Shown here one piece after another: positions 14,500-28,200 of a DNA stretch of 64,000 bases. The position numbers and the translations under genes were made by a program. The stretch is from Iphione sp. A-MEVVRFRX5 (lineage: Eukaryota): positions 34,286,001 to 34,350,000 of the forward strand of contig OZ320314.1 of assembly GCA_976226885.1 (NCBI GenBank). The letters run 5' to 3'. The first letter of the stretch is position 1; each line of letters starts with the position of its first letter. Under the pieces are notes generated by a model that saw only the letters and a list, made by a program, of their open reading frames with translations, was not told the DNA's origin and did no database searches.

Positions 14500-15680
14500 T
14501 CGTGGGATTCGCCAATATGGTTTTAATAATTTCATCTTCAAACTAGATTTAAACCAAGCTTTGTTAGGCAATGTGTCATTATCCAGGCCATTCCAGACTT
14601 TGGCAGCATTATACAGATGTTCCTGTTCAAGCAGAACTAGCTCTGTCTTGGTAGGGGAATTTTAATTTTTCGCATTTTATTTGTACTGTTTAGTTTCACG
14701 TATATTGGACGGAGTGTGTTATGATGAATGGTCAAGGGATAGTACATACTCCTCTGTTTTAAGGGAAGGATTCTCAGGTAAGACATGATCCTATCATGGC
14801 GCAGTATTATTACCTATTAGTAGTCGCACTGCCTTTTGTAATTGTCTTTTGAGCTTTTGAATAGTGTTGTTGAGTAATAGTGGTTAGATCCGATACAATA
14901 TTCAATATTTGGAATAAAGTAGTATTTCAAAATCCTTACTGCTGTTGTCTTGTTATTAGTACGTCTTAAATGTCTTATTAGGTGTAATAGACTATATGAC
15001 TTCTTCAATTTTGATTGTAGGTCTATTGTCACAGTGAAGTGTTGATCCATATGAGAACTAAGTATCTGCAACTGTTTACTTGTTTCACTTGGTTTGTACC
15101 TATTTTGATAGTCAACGAGGCATTCTTGTTTCTGTTCCTGTCAGGGATGCGGAGCATAGATTCTGTTTTCAGATAGTTAATTCTGATGCCGCTGGCTTGA
15201 CAGCGAGTATCTAGTAATGTCATATCTTCAGATATTTTATTACCTATTTCTTTTATTGAATTACCTAAGCACAATAGCAGTGTATCGTCAGCATATACGA
15301 CATGACGACGATGTTTGATAGTTTTATGCTGTCGTTACTGAACAATAAAAACAATACGGGGCCTAGGATGCTCCCTTGGGGAACACCTGATCATAAGGGC
15401 AGTCTTTCAGAACATTTTGGACCCATTTTAGTTTATATTTTTCTGCCATAAATGTATGCAGTCAGCCATTTTCTGCTATTTCCAAACCCCATCTGGTGTA
15501 GTTTTGATAATAATTCGTTTTGAATACCATTAAAGGTTTTGTTTTTATAATCGACAAAGACGATGCCTGTTAATCTGCCCTGGTCAAGTTCTTAGCGTCT
15601 GTAATGTAGTGCATCGTTTATAGCAATGCTAAGATTTGCCTTTTCGAAAGCCACATTGTTGTTTAGTTATAGCAGCTTAT
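14500..15680 (-). mobile_element. Degenerate non-LTR retrotransposon (CR1/L2-like LINE): ORF2 reverse transcriptase and C-terminus
   Basis: RT motifs occur in order on the minus strand: QQCGFRKGKS (~15670-15640), LTGIVFVDYK, LLSKLHQMG...KWLTAY, SGVPQGSILGPVLFLLFSND (15390-15331), VYADDT (~15298-15281), INYLKTESM, YL-LI and KYYFIPNIEYC. The typical ORF2 tail YNAAKVWNGL...FKSSLKMKLL lies at ~14610-14520. Multiple stops and frameshifts. Confidence 0.92.
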
Positions 15681-17859
15681 GATAATGAAAGTCAGCGTTT
15701 GATTTTTTAAAAAAATTATGTTCTCTAAAATCTTACTATGAATGGGTAATACGCGGATTAATGCCATTGAAATAAAACGATTGACTACCGTTCAGAGAGC
15801 ACTTACTTGATTGACGCAGATATAAATTCAGTTACATAGTATGTCGCTATATAGATAATTATATCGTCTCACTTCAATCTAACTAGCACACTTACTGCGT
15901 TTATAGTTCTCCATCTGTAGATCATATTTAAGCATGAAATAGCTGCCTGCCAGGGACGTTATACTTTCATGTTACTTCTAATAGGATACCATATCTTTCA
16001 TGAAAGCCCATTAGCTTTTCCATCGTTTCTTTCACGTTTAATCTCCCCACGTATATCTCCTCCTAAGAACTCGACGAAGATTCCTAATGGCGGGCGCAAC
16101 CATCTATTAGGGAGGCTGGAAACTCCGGCCACGGACGCATGGCAGGTCTCTCAGCCCACGCCGGGACAGGCGGTGGAAAGCGTGACTTATCTATTGTGAC
16201 ATTCGGCATGGCGCGGTCGGTGGCTTGCGGCCGACGGCCGACGGTGATCCGTGCTGTGAGCCGAATCCAATTGCCACCCGCTGGCCGTCAGATCAATGAT
16301 CCAGAGCCACTCGTGAGTTGCTCAATCCCAATCAATCGCGGCCTGTATCCCTTCCTTCTCTGCCGTTAGGAGCATCGATCGCTCCCTTACCCCATCTTCT
16401 CCTCCCCTTCTCTCCCCATGACCGTCCCCGGCTGAGTTTGCCATCAGCTGCACGAGGCCCTCAGGGGAGATGCTAACTCGCCCATCCACCCGCCCGCCCT
16501 CCCTCCCACCCACCTCCCTTTCCATCCCCATGACGCCGGTCTCTAAAATTCCCATCTCCGCTCCAGTTCCTGCCGCAGATACAACCGAAGCCGTTCTTCT
16601 TATGTGTGGGCCTGTACTGGAATCCTCTCGAAATCCGGCTCAAATTCTTGGCATCTTGTTACACTTCCTATTCCACCTGGATTTGAAAATACAACCAGAC
16701 AGTTCCCATTATGTATTTCTTGCATGTGCCCCCTGGGCCTATGGCGTGGGGTTGTCGTCAAGCCCGCGTTTTCGTCTTTATGCGGGACTCAAGTAACAAA
16801 GCGGTACTCGGGAACTACAGTTTGATCCATGTTTATATGTTTTTCCACGCCCGTTATCTGACAGCTCACATTTCACGGTGCCGGTTGCACCCATAGAAAC
16901 AGATAACCAGAAAATATTTGGTCAGTGTTGCACTAAAAATTAGATCTATACTTTTGATGTCGTTAGTTTCCTTGAATACATGTAATTCGAAGTTATCGGT
17001 CAACTGAATTGACATGTTTTGTTGGATGACATGTAGTTCCTCCAAACTGGGCATAGGGCTGAATCTAAGTTTTCTCCTCAATAAAATAATGATATATTTT
17101 AGCCGAGCGGAAGGATATGTCCATCAAAATACCAATTGCATGTACATTAGCACATATTCGTTAACTTTCAATGTCCTTCATTTCCGCGACTTCAACTTCC
17201 CGGACCAGGACGCTCGCTAATGTGGCTGACGTAAAAATCTCGCTCGTTTCACTGTCTTTTCATATCACCAACCTCACACTTATTAACATTATCACCCTTA
17301 TTACGCCCTGCCAGGCTTGCCTCCTGAACTTATCACACTCAACGGGCCCACAAACGATCCCACGCCGATATAATCCGCCAATAACTCACGGCTTTACTAG
17401 ATTGACGTGTAAGTAGCACCAGGCCATAAATTTATAGCCCATTATTTCAACGCGCCAAAATAGTGTTCACATATAGTAGAAGGTCTATTTTTCATTTCTC
17501 AGAGGACGTGCTAATGTACAATTCTATTGCCTAGCATCCTGCTGCTATTTTAAGCTATATCTGACTACAAAGGATTCCATTTTTAGATGAATAGTGGGTG
17601 ATGTTGACAGCAGGTTTATGGAAAGGAACTGTTGCTGTGTCTTCTAAGTGCACACAAATACACGTGCTTACTAACTGCTGTGTAACAGGAACACTTTCTG
17701 CCTGAGGCTAAGGCCTCATTTCCATATTGTATTCAAGTAGTGTGCGTTAGTGCTATGAAGTGCCATGAAAAGTTGATACCAAATTCAGAACCGAAGTCAG
17801 TCAACCAGTAATGGAACCGGCGTGGAGTCTTGTATCACCCCACTAGTTAACCATTGTTT

Positions 17860-18480
17860 CTGGTACAAACATGCAAACATGCAGCACAGACCACGGTGGA
17901 AGGGAATATATTCCATTCTGAAAATATCCTACATGGAAACATTCAACATGCTAGATGCTACATGGATACATGGCCATATGCTTCTGCTGTTATCCTACAC
18001 AGACAGATGTGCTTCCTTGTAATTGTTTTTTTTTCATGTCATTGTTTGAACAAAAACTTTCCTTAAAGAAGGGTACACGCAGCACAGGAAAGGTCTGATT
18101 TTGTTAGATTTGTGCCATTTGCACAAAAATTTGGTGCATAAATTAGTTTCAAAAGGGACAGATTTGTTGTATTATGTACGGAAATGTCCCCAAATGCTCA
18201 TAACGTAAGGAATTGTGTAGTTTTGTGTGGCAATGTGCAGGATGGTGCAAGAATATGCCTTCTTTTGCCATCTCTCGATCCCTCTTCCATGTACGTCTAG
18301 GCCAAGCACGAACAAGCGCACGGTGGAAAACGGGACATCTTGGACATCCCAATCTTGAACATGGCCGATACGGATGCCCATGGAGGCATGGCCACGTCCA
18401 GGCACATGGAAGCAAGCACTCCATCTATAATGTATTCTCTAAAAAACAATCACGGATGACCCATAAACAGACTTGAAAAC
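17860..18480 (+). pseudogene. Decayed ankyrin-repeat-like array
   Basis: Fragments RWKGIYSILKISYME, ATWIHGHMLLLLSY and WKTGHLGHPNLEHGRYGCPW occur across frames. GH(L)...GCPW resembles the AAxxGHLxxLxWxxxxGCPW repeat type. Confidence 0.35.
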
Positions 18481-20586
18481 GTACATGTACATAGAAATTA
18501 GGCCTGGAGCTCCTCGATCAAGAAATGCCTGAAACCTAACGACACCTTGTATCTGAGTAGAAGAAAGTATTGCACGAAAACGAAGATCTGTAAAAAGTCA
18601 TTGAAAAGCTTTTAACGTTCTCCCCATTGCATTCCAATGAGTTCGGGGAAAACAGTAAAGCTGCAGCACACACTGTCCTATATACGATAGGGGTGTAACA
18701 TAATATCTGTCATTATCTAGATTGACATTTCTAATTGATTGTTAATACGTGTGTAAATGGAGGATTTATGTACACAAAATTAATGGTCATTCTCTTTCAA
18801 AGCAAGGAGAGCTGTACATAAGTGGCATTGTCCCTGTCAAACTTTAAGCCGTACAACACCAGAAGTTACCACAAGGAGGTGCACATATTTGAAGCATCGC
18901 GAAGCCGCGAAGTGAAGCAGGGAATAGCCCGGTGCTGGCTGGACATGAAGTGCTGCCAAGGCCTGCTAGTGGCGGAGAATGTGACGATGGGTTTTCGCCG
19001 TGGATTGGAGTGTTATATGCTTCCCGGGGGCCTCACTTAGAGTTTGAGGGCAGGCCACCTTGCAGCGTGTCGCTCGGAATTACAACGCCGGGCCTATCAT
19101 TAAACTAGAGCCATATAAATAGAGACAATATGGAGGGCGCTTCTGTTGGCTACAGTCGTCGGCCGTATGTTGGCGGGAGATAAGAGTGCCAGCGAGCTTG
19201 GGGGTCTAGTTGACCGGCCGAGAAACCATCCTTTCCCTCCAACTATACATACGCGCCATTAGCCGGCGATCAAGCCTGGTCCTGTTTTCCATCTGTGCCG
19301 CCGTTAGCCGACCTTAAACTGGCCGCAGTCTCCCAGCCCGCGCCCGGGGACATCGCATCACGCGGGCCGCAGTATAAAATGGAATAATTCCATTAAAGCG
19401 AAAACAACACATTGTGAGCCGGCCGGGGGTGTCTGGGGACCTTCACTGGTTCATGTCATTCCTACCGAGGGAGGCAGCGAAAAAGTGGCGGCAATGCGAC
19501 AGGCCCAGCTGGAAATGAAATTCCGTTAAACCGCAAAGGCAGATCCTGGGCCGTGTCAGACCGTGATGCACCAACAAAGAAACACACTGCTTTTATTTTA
19601 CATTGCTGTAGATCTCTGAAGAATTCCACCAGGATATGGGTATGCCATATCTAATTATTACTGCAAATTGGAAGCGGTTCCAAAGTTAATCCTACGCTAA
19701 AGAAACACAAGCAGTACGATGAAAGTTTCTTTCTCTATATGGATTATTTCTTTTCCCATTGTGCTACGACAGAGGCACAGACAAATCAAAATATATTATA
19801 TCTTTTCATGACTAGCTAGTTCGTGGATATTACTGTTTCTGAGCTTTCATTACTGTGCTTCTTTGCTAATCAAGCTTACAGCTCGATGGCATGCTCATTC
19901 TTTTAATTTTGTCTGCTAAATACATGTCTATTCATGGACGCCTTTAAGATTTGGAAACTAATTGCAGTCATCAAACGGCACAGCACGCAATTACTGTTAC
20001 CCATGAATCACTTGAAAATAATGAGAGTAAAGCTCATTACAGAATTATTTTACGTACATAAACTATTCTGTATCTGATCATTGGTTTTCCTGTAAAGCAG
20101 AAGACCTTATACCCAATAAACCAAAATTTATTTTCGTGTTGACATATTCAAAATACATTTAGTAATTAATGAGAGTTGGTTTGAACAATTATGGGGTATG
20201 ATAATCAATTTGAAAATCATAGATGTTTTCTTCCATGATTCAAATATTCCATCTAATTAAATATCAGGTTTGTCTAAAAAAACTCAAAGAGTAACTCATT
20301 TAAGAGTGTCAAATACTTCGATGGTAATACACATTGAACCAATGTGTAAATTTTTCTCAGATTCGTTCTAGTCATATTGCTATTAACTACCCTAAATTGT
20401 TGCGTTAATCACATCTGCCTACTGACTTAAAATCGGTAAAGTGTTTCTTTTTTCTAAGAATAAATGATTCAAATCGCCTATATTACTGTGATGGTCATAT
20501 AGACCGGGCGTTTAGACGGATTAGAGTACGTGTATGCATGTAGTTACAACTGAATAAAAAATAAATGAAAACGGGAAAAAAGTTTT

Positions 20587-21195
20587 ATGCTGCATTGCAA
20601 CCCAAGCAGCCAGGAAATACACAGGCGTGTGCCTATATGTGTCTCTGTCCCAGAAGATTTGCTGCACCTTTGGCCTGACACGCAGGTGCACCCACATGAA
20701 ATCGAACTAACTGGTATCAGGGCAACTGTGAAACTTTGACTTGGAGGAGTTGTGGATTTGGTTAGGGATGAGATTTTCGGGATGAAGTATAACGCACGCT
20801 TGATCGCTAGAGCCAACAAGCAAGCAGGCCGGTGTAGTGACTGTCTGTCCAGGAGGAGTAGTAGTGGTAGTGATAGTGGAGTGGGGGGGGTGAGGTGTAA
20901 GGTCTGGCACGATCTTTTCTATATTGACCCGATTGATGGGACTGGGTCACTGTCCTCGGAGAAGAGAGACCCACGTCCCTACGTTGGCGCCTATTGCGTG
21001 GTCGTTCGGGAAATCAGTGGCTGGAGGAATTTTCTTTGTCTCGCCCCGGCGCTCACCGTGACGACACCGGTGACGGAGCCTGCACGGCAGATGGCGGCTC
21101 CTTCCAAGTCCCGCCATCGCCGGTGCCTGCTTTCTGCTAACCGCTGGTTGCTTAGGACGCCATCCATCACTGTCAAAGGGGGCGGTGCCGCGTAG
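20587..21195 (+). pseudogene. 203-codon reading frame with one internal TGA and a DPIDGT motif; function unknown
   Basis: ATG at 20587; open except TGA at 20737-20739; continues into ORF 20752-21195. FYIDPIDGT partly matches the inositol monophosphatase family metal-binding signature. Confidence 0.3.
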
Positions 21196-24100
21196 TGTAA
21201 TCAATAGAACGTAGAGGGAGCCACCAGCAGGTGTATCTTTTCGGCCTGCTGTGGCGACTAGTTACATTTTTTCTTTTTTTTCATATTTTAAAATGCAAGT
21301 ATCCCGGCAAACCAGGGCTCACATGGATTATAATTACCGCGTTTCAATGTGTAAGGTGATATATCATCACAGGTGATGGAGGCGCACTGCGTCGTGTCGG
21401 TAAAAGGCTCGTGTCCGAGGAGTGGCAATGCATGCTAAAGGTATTCGATGATGTTTGGAGAAGGGGAATGACTGTGTGAGGTACTTGTGTAAAGACATCC
21501 CCAGTCGGGCGGCAGAGAGGAAAATAAGTTGAAAGAAACGTGGGGTAGAGTAGGGAAAAGCGCGTGAAAGAGACACGTGGCCAGCAGCTTTCATCAGACC
21601 TTCCTTTGATGATCATTGAAGACGGAAAGCACACCTGTCTGATTGCTGCCTCTCACACCCGCCATGCGCCCGAAGCGAACCCCCACGCCACCCTCCAACA
21701 GCCCTGTGTCACCGTCTATACAGTTTTCCCTGACAAAGAAGGTGGTGTAATGAGATTCTCAAGATATGTCCTCAAGTGAAAACTGAGCCTGCGAGGAATT
21801 TAAGACGGCGTTTGTACTGCTTGGCGATATGTTATCTCCTCGATGGACAAAAAGACAAACGACTGCGCGATTGTCTTCAAAGGCCCCAGGAATGCATCGT
21901 TCGTATAGGATTTAGCGATTCAGGTTCATTCCGGTACGATCCTTAAATAATGAAAGTCCGATTGCTCAGCGTGTTGCCGACGCTAGTGATCAAGTCATCG
22001 GAGGCAGAGAAGGATGGTGGAGAGTAAAGTATTTGTTAAGGGTTTAAAAGATGGGAAGGGAATCTGTTATAATTTCGGGAGGACTTTATGGAGGTGGAAG
22101 ATAAGAGGGCTGTCTGTCATGGTGCTATCGTCATTGATCTATACATAGGGTAAAATGGTAGAGATTAGTAGAGAGTCTCCGGCACGCAATTTAAAACATG
22201 CATGATTGCATTTGGATTAACGCTGTGTTTAAAAAGGGAAAAAATGCCCCCGCCCGGTGCGTTTTGCACGAACATGGCGCACGATTTTCATCATCTCCGA
22301 CTTTACGGTTCACTGCGCGCGACGATGTGAACATCAATGAACGAGTCCAGACCTAGACGGCAGGCATTCAGCGCCAAATGCCAGTTTTAATTGGATCGAG
22401 GCAAGACCGGCAGCTATGCGTCTACGGTTATGTGTGTTGTGTGCGAGGTGACTCTCAACTACAGGCTGACTGATGGGGTGTGAACCGCAATTAACTTTAC
22501 GTCGAGAGCGCATCCAGCTGGCACCACGTACCTAATTGTCTCCTGAGCGAATGTCCGATATTCTTTATCTACCATCTTTCCAATGCTGATCTCGACAATA
22601 AATTCAACGTGCTGCTTTATGACTGTACTCGTGTGTATGATCGAGTACACCCATGTTTGTTTAACGAAATGACCCCACCTAATTGTGGGGAACAGTGCTT
22701 AATTATTGTGTGCCCAGTGCCCATCAGCTTAGTTTGAACATAAATACGGGAGGCTGTGTTTAACCCTGCCTGTGCATAAATATACCTCAATAATAATCAC
22801 CAACCGGTCGAAGGTCTTTTTTTCCTAGTACGTATGTATGCTGCAAGAGATGAAATGAACTTAGTGTAGTGCTGGATATATATTCGCTGGTACGTCCATT
22901 GTTACTAGAAATGAGCTCCCATTACAAAACAGTCATTTAAAACCGATATCTCTGTGTTCAATAACTGACAGCCCCTGCTTGGATAAACATTTGACAGAGA
23001 CAGATTAATCTGTCCTAGACCCATCAATATTTAACAATCATCCTAGATATCATCTGGCCGACCAACATGAAATAGTGTGAATCATCGGCGTGGATGCCTG
23101 GTACTTTAATAAAAAATAAAAAAAAGGATGACACGTAGGGACAGACGATCTATTCCTGATGTCGGTTCTGAGAACGGCCAGATCAAAAGTCGTAGTGGCC
23201 TAAGCGTCCACCTTCACCCTCACCTCTACATCAGACCTCCCCAAAGTTCGCGTCCAACACGCACCTGTGCAGGTAGGGAGGTGCGTGTCTTAAAGTAAGA
23301 CGCCAGTGGGTATCGATCTTTCGTAGGGCGCCTCCATCGCCTCCGACGCTTGTTTCCGAATCGAAGACGTCAGAGACCACGGGAAGGAAAAGTCAACAAG
23401 TGCTCACCCAGTCAGGCTGAATGACAGGTGGAATTTGGCGTCTCGCACAAAGCCCTCTCCTGCTCCAGTCTCTAACGGTACCAGTTAAAGACTAATTGAA
23501 GGTAGTTCGACATTCGGAGAGAAAGCCTTTATTCTCTGAACGTGCTGTAAGTACCGAACGTACACGAAAGCGTCTTCCTATCGGACAATTTATAGTCTGT
23601 CCTTGAAAAATTTTAACTTTCAAACATTTACCTTTGAAAACCCACATGAAATGAGATGTGAAATGAGAAAACCTGCCGCTCTCGGGCTATGATTAGACGT
23701 AAAGCTATTTGTTGTTAGCTGGGTATTCAGACGAGGGACCTAAATAAAACGAAGCCCGATGCAATATTTACATTGCGTTGTATCAATTATGTCTCCCGTC
23801 ACTGTTCATTAGAAGAGTTCTGTGCGTGCTGTTTGTCCTAGCTGGCCTCTTCCCATTCCCCCTCGGTTAGCTTCCAAGTCAGGGATGCAGGCCTGTCATT
23901 TCTTATCTCTCTTACGCTCTGTATCAGGTGTTCTGATAACTCTCCAGGGATTTTTCTGCATTCTTCTTCATTTGGTTCATTGATAAACTGTTATGTGGGA
24001 ATCTCTGGCGAGGCTGACATTTAGTCTCCATGGAGAATTTTTCTACTGCACTTGTTTGAATTCATGACTTAATGGTGCTTAATTCTGCTAGGTCCAATTT

Positions 24101-24619
24101 AATCAGATGAGCACTTAAATAACCTAAATGGAAGAAAATTAATTCAATTAAAAGTTCTTAAACTTCAACCTAGGTCTAAGTCGAGACATCGAGTCCTTTA
24201 TCTCCTTTTCTATTGACATAAATCATTCACTATTAGGATACTATGGCGTCTTGTTTTTTTGCTAATACAGTGACACTGAACATTCCTCGGGGATAACTGA
24301 AGTATTGTCGAGAAGCAGCAGTTTGCAATAAATCATGTATGTCAAAATGTTCACTTGTTTCTAGCACTAACAGCACTCTTGTTGTATGTATCTTTATGGT
24401 TTGTATTTTTACTGATCAATGTCAGTTCTGTTCACCCTCTCCTTCTGTAATATTAGCCCCGGAGAATGTTTGGTTTTGCCTATTCATATTTTAAGGCCAA
24501 TTTAAGATAAGGTTGCTAACCACACTGCCTTACAGCTCGTTTGATCAATCACAAGGAAGGATGCAAAAGAAGCCAATAGTTAACCAACAAGCAATCTATG
24601 ACGAATAGGATCCGACCCC

Positions 24620-24855
24620 TAGTCAACTTTATCTCAAGCGATTCTCTTCATCAATCAAATATCGTAGACTAAAGATTTTTTTCTTCACAGCTCGGAGGCA
24701 GTCATATTAAATGCAGTTAAGGGAGGGGTACTCCTATTAAAAATTGTGGGCCCCTTAATAATTCTGCTGCTTCAATAGTCTGGACTCTATTCCAGTGTGG
24801 TGTTGCCATAGGCAGCGAAGGAGTTAACTGCATGGTTGTCCCAGTAGATGGACTG
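24620..24855 (-). pseudogene. Possible decayed ankyrin-repeat-like fragments
   Basis: Minus-strand fragments YWDNHAVNSFAAYGNTTLE* and AVKKKIFSLRYLIDEEN. Weak by-eye resemblance. Confidence 0.2.
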
Positions 24856-25037
24856 AAACAGCAATTAAGTGAGAACGAGAGCGTATTTTATTTAAGTTAA
24901 ATCTGCAAATAATAATTACCTTAAGGGCAAATAATCACACACAATGCATGTATAGATCATCGGAGAGTTCGACCCGTTGTGTGCATTTACCTTAATAAAG
25001 GGTAAACGTTAACCCACATATATATAATTATAGATGT

Positions 25038-25253
25038 GTGTACATGCTGCTCAACAGTTCTATTCCACGAAGTACCCATTTAGCTTTAGGGTATAAATAT
25101 ATTATTCATAAATGTACTACTAGAGTGTTTGACACCACGGCATACATATTTGCCTTGAGGATGTACGAAATATATGTGAGCTGCCGGAGACTTCTAGACT
25201 GCTTTGTACCTATTATAACAAGGGAAATGGTTACATCGTACATGTACGTGTGA
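25038..25253 (+). pseudogene. Possible decayed ankyrin-repeat-like fragment
   Basis: ORF contains THLALGYKYIIHKCTTRVFDTTAYIFAL and LLDCFVPIITRE, loosely like GHLxxLKYxHxxGCPWDxxTCAxAA. Confidence 0.2.
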
Positions 25254-28200
25254 CGCGTATATATAAATATATGTATAATGTACTGTTGGAGAGTTCTACA
25301 CCACTGCGTACCCATTTATCGCTCACCTGAATGACCGAGCCGTTTGCTGCCTTGTCCGGAGTGTGCGAACGAAAAGGATAATCTTCCGGGAGCTAGTGGC
25401 CTTAATCCGCACGCCTACAGTACCCAGGGTGTGCGGGCAGACGGCTAAATCCTACGCTGGTCCCACTCTCTGTTTGTCGCTCCGATCAATCACAAAACAC
25501 GTCCATCCATCACGATCAGACAGCAATTAATTTGCTCCAGGAAAGACACTGATAATTGAACACCTAGTTGGCTCACGGGGGCGGCAGGCAAGACCTGGAT
25601 GCATGGCTGAGCAGAAAAAAGGACCCGAAAAGAACCGGAAAAGAGATGGCAGCGCAGAAAAAATAGAATGTAACTCAACACGCCTATGGCAGACAAGTGA
25701 AGAATGAGGTCTTGGACGGAGAAGAATCTGTAAAGCTTTTTCCATACTTTATCTTCAGTCACAAGCTATCCATATAGATTATACTTAGAAAAAACACATA
25801 TGGACATGCAGGTTAAAAGAATAATTATGGAAGATTAGAGCATGTATTAATGTAATCATATGATGAAATTATTTCCCGTTGTGAATGTGTGTATATATGT
25901 GCCATGGTTATCCGCAATATATGCGATGATTATAAATACATAGACATACATGTATTTACCTTATTTGCGGATTAAGATTTGGATATGTATCAATCGTAAT
26001 TAGAATTTTTTGGTGTAAAACCCCAGATCACTGTTATTATAACATTCTCCTTTATCACACTCTCTACAAGCCGTAATGTGGCCACAGTCTCTCTTCTATT
26101 GCCCGCCCCTCCTTTCACACTCAAGAGACCTCCTGCTTTTCGAGCTGCTACCACCTTCCAACACCCTCCCGCCCCTTTCACCCTACCCCTTGCCCCAATC
26201 CCATTTCCCGCGTCCTGGCGGCCGTGCGGTATCAACTAATGACCACCGGAGTGGACATAGTATTGGTCATCCCTCGTGGGAGACGAGCCCATCAGCCGGA
26301 GCTGCTCTCTGCGTCAGGCGCTGAGCAGTTCCCACTGTGTTTTATGTCTGCCGGTTCGGGCTTGGCAGCCACCAACCGACACCCCATACACACTGCCAGC
26401 ACCAAACAGCCAACGTGGGCGAAACACTGACCACGCCATCTTTTTGAAATGGCCAGTCTAGTCGCAAATAGATCAAGTAAAATGTATGAATGTTACTATT
26501 TTTATGTGACTATTACGCATAAAATGACCGTTAGTTATGATTACCCCAATAAACATTTCATATAAGTTAGAACTATGTCACTCTATGTCTTATTCTTGGC
26601 AATACTTTTATTAGCAGCACGTGTTGAAATACATGCACATATTTATGTGTACATTGTGTCTCCGCAAGTTCTAATTTGAATGAATATGTATCAGTATTTA
26701 AACTGTAACACGATAACATGATGCCTTCTATGCTCTGTCCCCTACTTACCATATTTCCTCATACTCAAGACGCTGTTAATGGTCCGAATAAAAAGTGTTT
26801 GCAGAACAGGAGGAAGACATTGCATAAGGTTCCAGCATCGAGACATTCTGGAGCGATTACATCAGAAGATGATCCAGCTGAATCACCAGGGATGTAGGTC
26901 AGACGCAAATCAACGAGGGCACTATTGATCTCTTACACAATTACAGTGATTAACTTCTATTTATAAACACTCCTAATGGACACAGAATCGATCGAACATC
27001 CCATGTTGAATTAAAATCTCTCCGTTACGCTCCATATACAACAGATAATTTGAATATTCATTCCTTTATCTTTACACTAACGTGTATTAATAAACATCTT
27101 GTATGAAATATGTCTTTTTCATGTGGACATGAACTTAAAACCTTTTGTCTTCAGAAGTTTTACTTGTTTTCGAATAGAAATTTATGTATTTATGATTACT
27201 GTCTTACGGTGAAATCTTATCATGCCTAGAATAGGACATGGGGAAATCTTTTGTTTCCTCTATGACTTTTGGACGCCGTCTGTTTTGACATACTACTCTG
27301 AGGCCAATCCGTCACTTAGTGGTGTCTCATCTATTCGTTTCAGACGTCCCCAAATCTGTCCACGGTAAGCATCCATGCCTCTGGAGGAGGCGCCCCTAGA
27401 ATAAAGCTCAATTGCAAGGCTCAGCTGTTATGGGACAGGGTTGTACTTCGCCATCCCAATCTGTGACCTTTGGTAATGAAACCAGCATAAAATAGCGTTG
27501 AAGGCACTACAAATGTCAGAGGGCCAGTCCTGGTTTGGCCAGAACAATTTAATTGAAGCTTATGCAATGGGAGGCTCCACACTGGCATGCACTTTGTGGT
27601 AAATCCTCCAATCTGATGCGCATGATTTGTCCACGCTATGACACGGGTCTGAAAGTTGGAGATATCCGCAGTCTGGAGGATTTATAGGTTGAAAGGCATT
27701 AGACACGGGAATGGCTGTCGCAGTGAGGACACTCAGGATGAGTGCAAGCCTAGTGCGTCCTGAGCGTCACAAATACTTTCCAACCAGAATTGCTAAGCAC
27801 CCAGACTGCCTTTGCGTCTTTTTAGCCCAGCAGCCCCAACGAATCGATCGATTGCTGATCGACACAGGACATTATACGCACACTGCGGGGTTTGCGGGAG
27901 GATCTTGTGGAATAGGTCCCCCATTCCTGGTTTTATTTTGAACATCGCTTGGTCGACAACTGGGGAGGGTGGCGACCATCAAAATGCGCCTCTGGCCAAA
28001 AAAGGGGACGTTTTACGTTTTCTATGACCGTTATTGACATTTGATGATTATCATGCACCCATAAAGCTCCTATTTGAGTAAACTGGAAGCAATAAATAGG
28101 GCCAGAGTCTGGGTAACGTCAGCATGGATGGCGACCCTAAGCGGAGAGGGTCTTGAATCATGTATCTGCTGCCTAAATAATATTTGATACAAGAGACTGG

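Noticed and set aside
22030-22150. Possible LINE ORF2 3' end on the minus strand (HKVLPKL*QIPFPSFKPLTNTLL)
   Set aside because: Only a loose match, with no RT motifs nearby.
23125-23137. AAGGATGACACG matching part of U6 snRNA
   Set aside because: Only ~12 nt match; the flanks do not resemble U6.
21370-23350. Shared GDGGALR peptide at ~21372 (+) and ~23345 (-)
   Set aside because: Similarity is limited to ~20 nt with unrelated flanks; likely chance.
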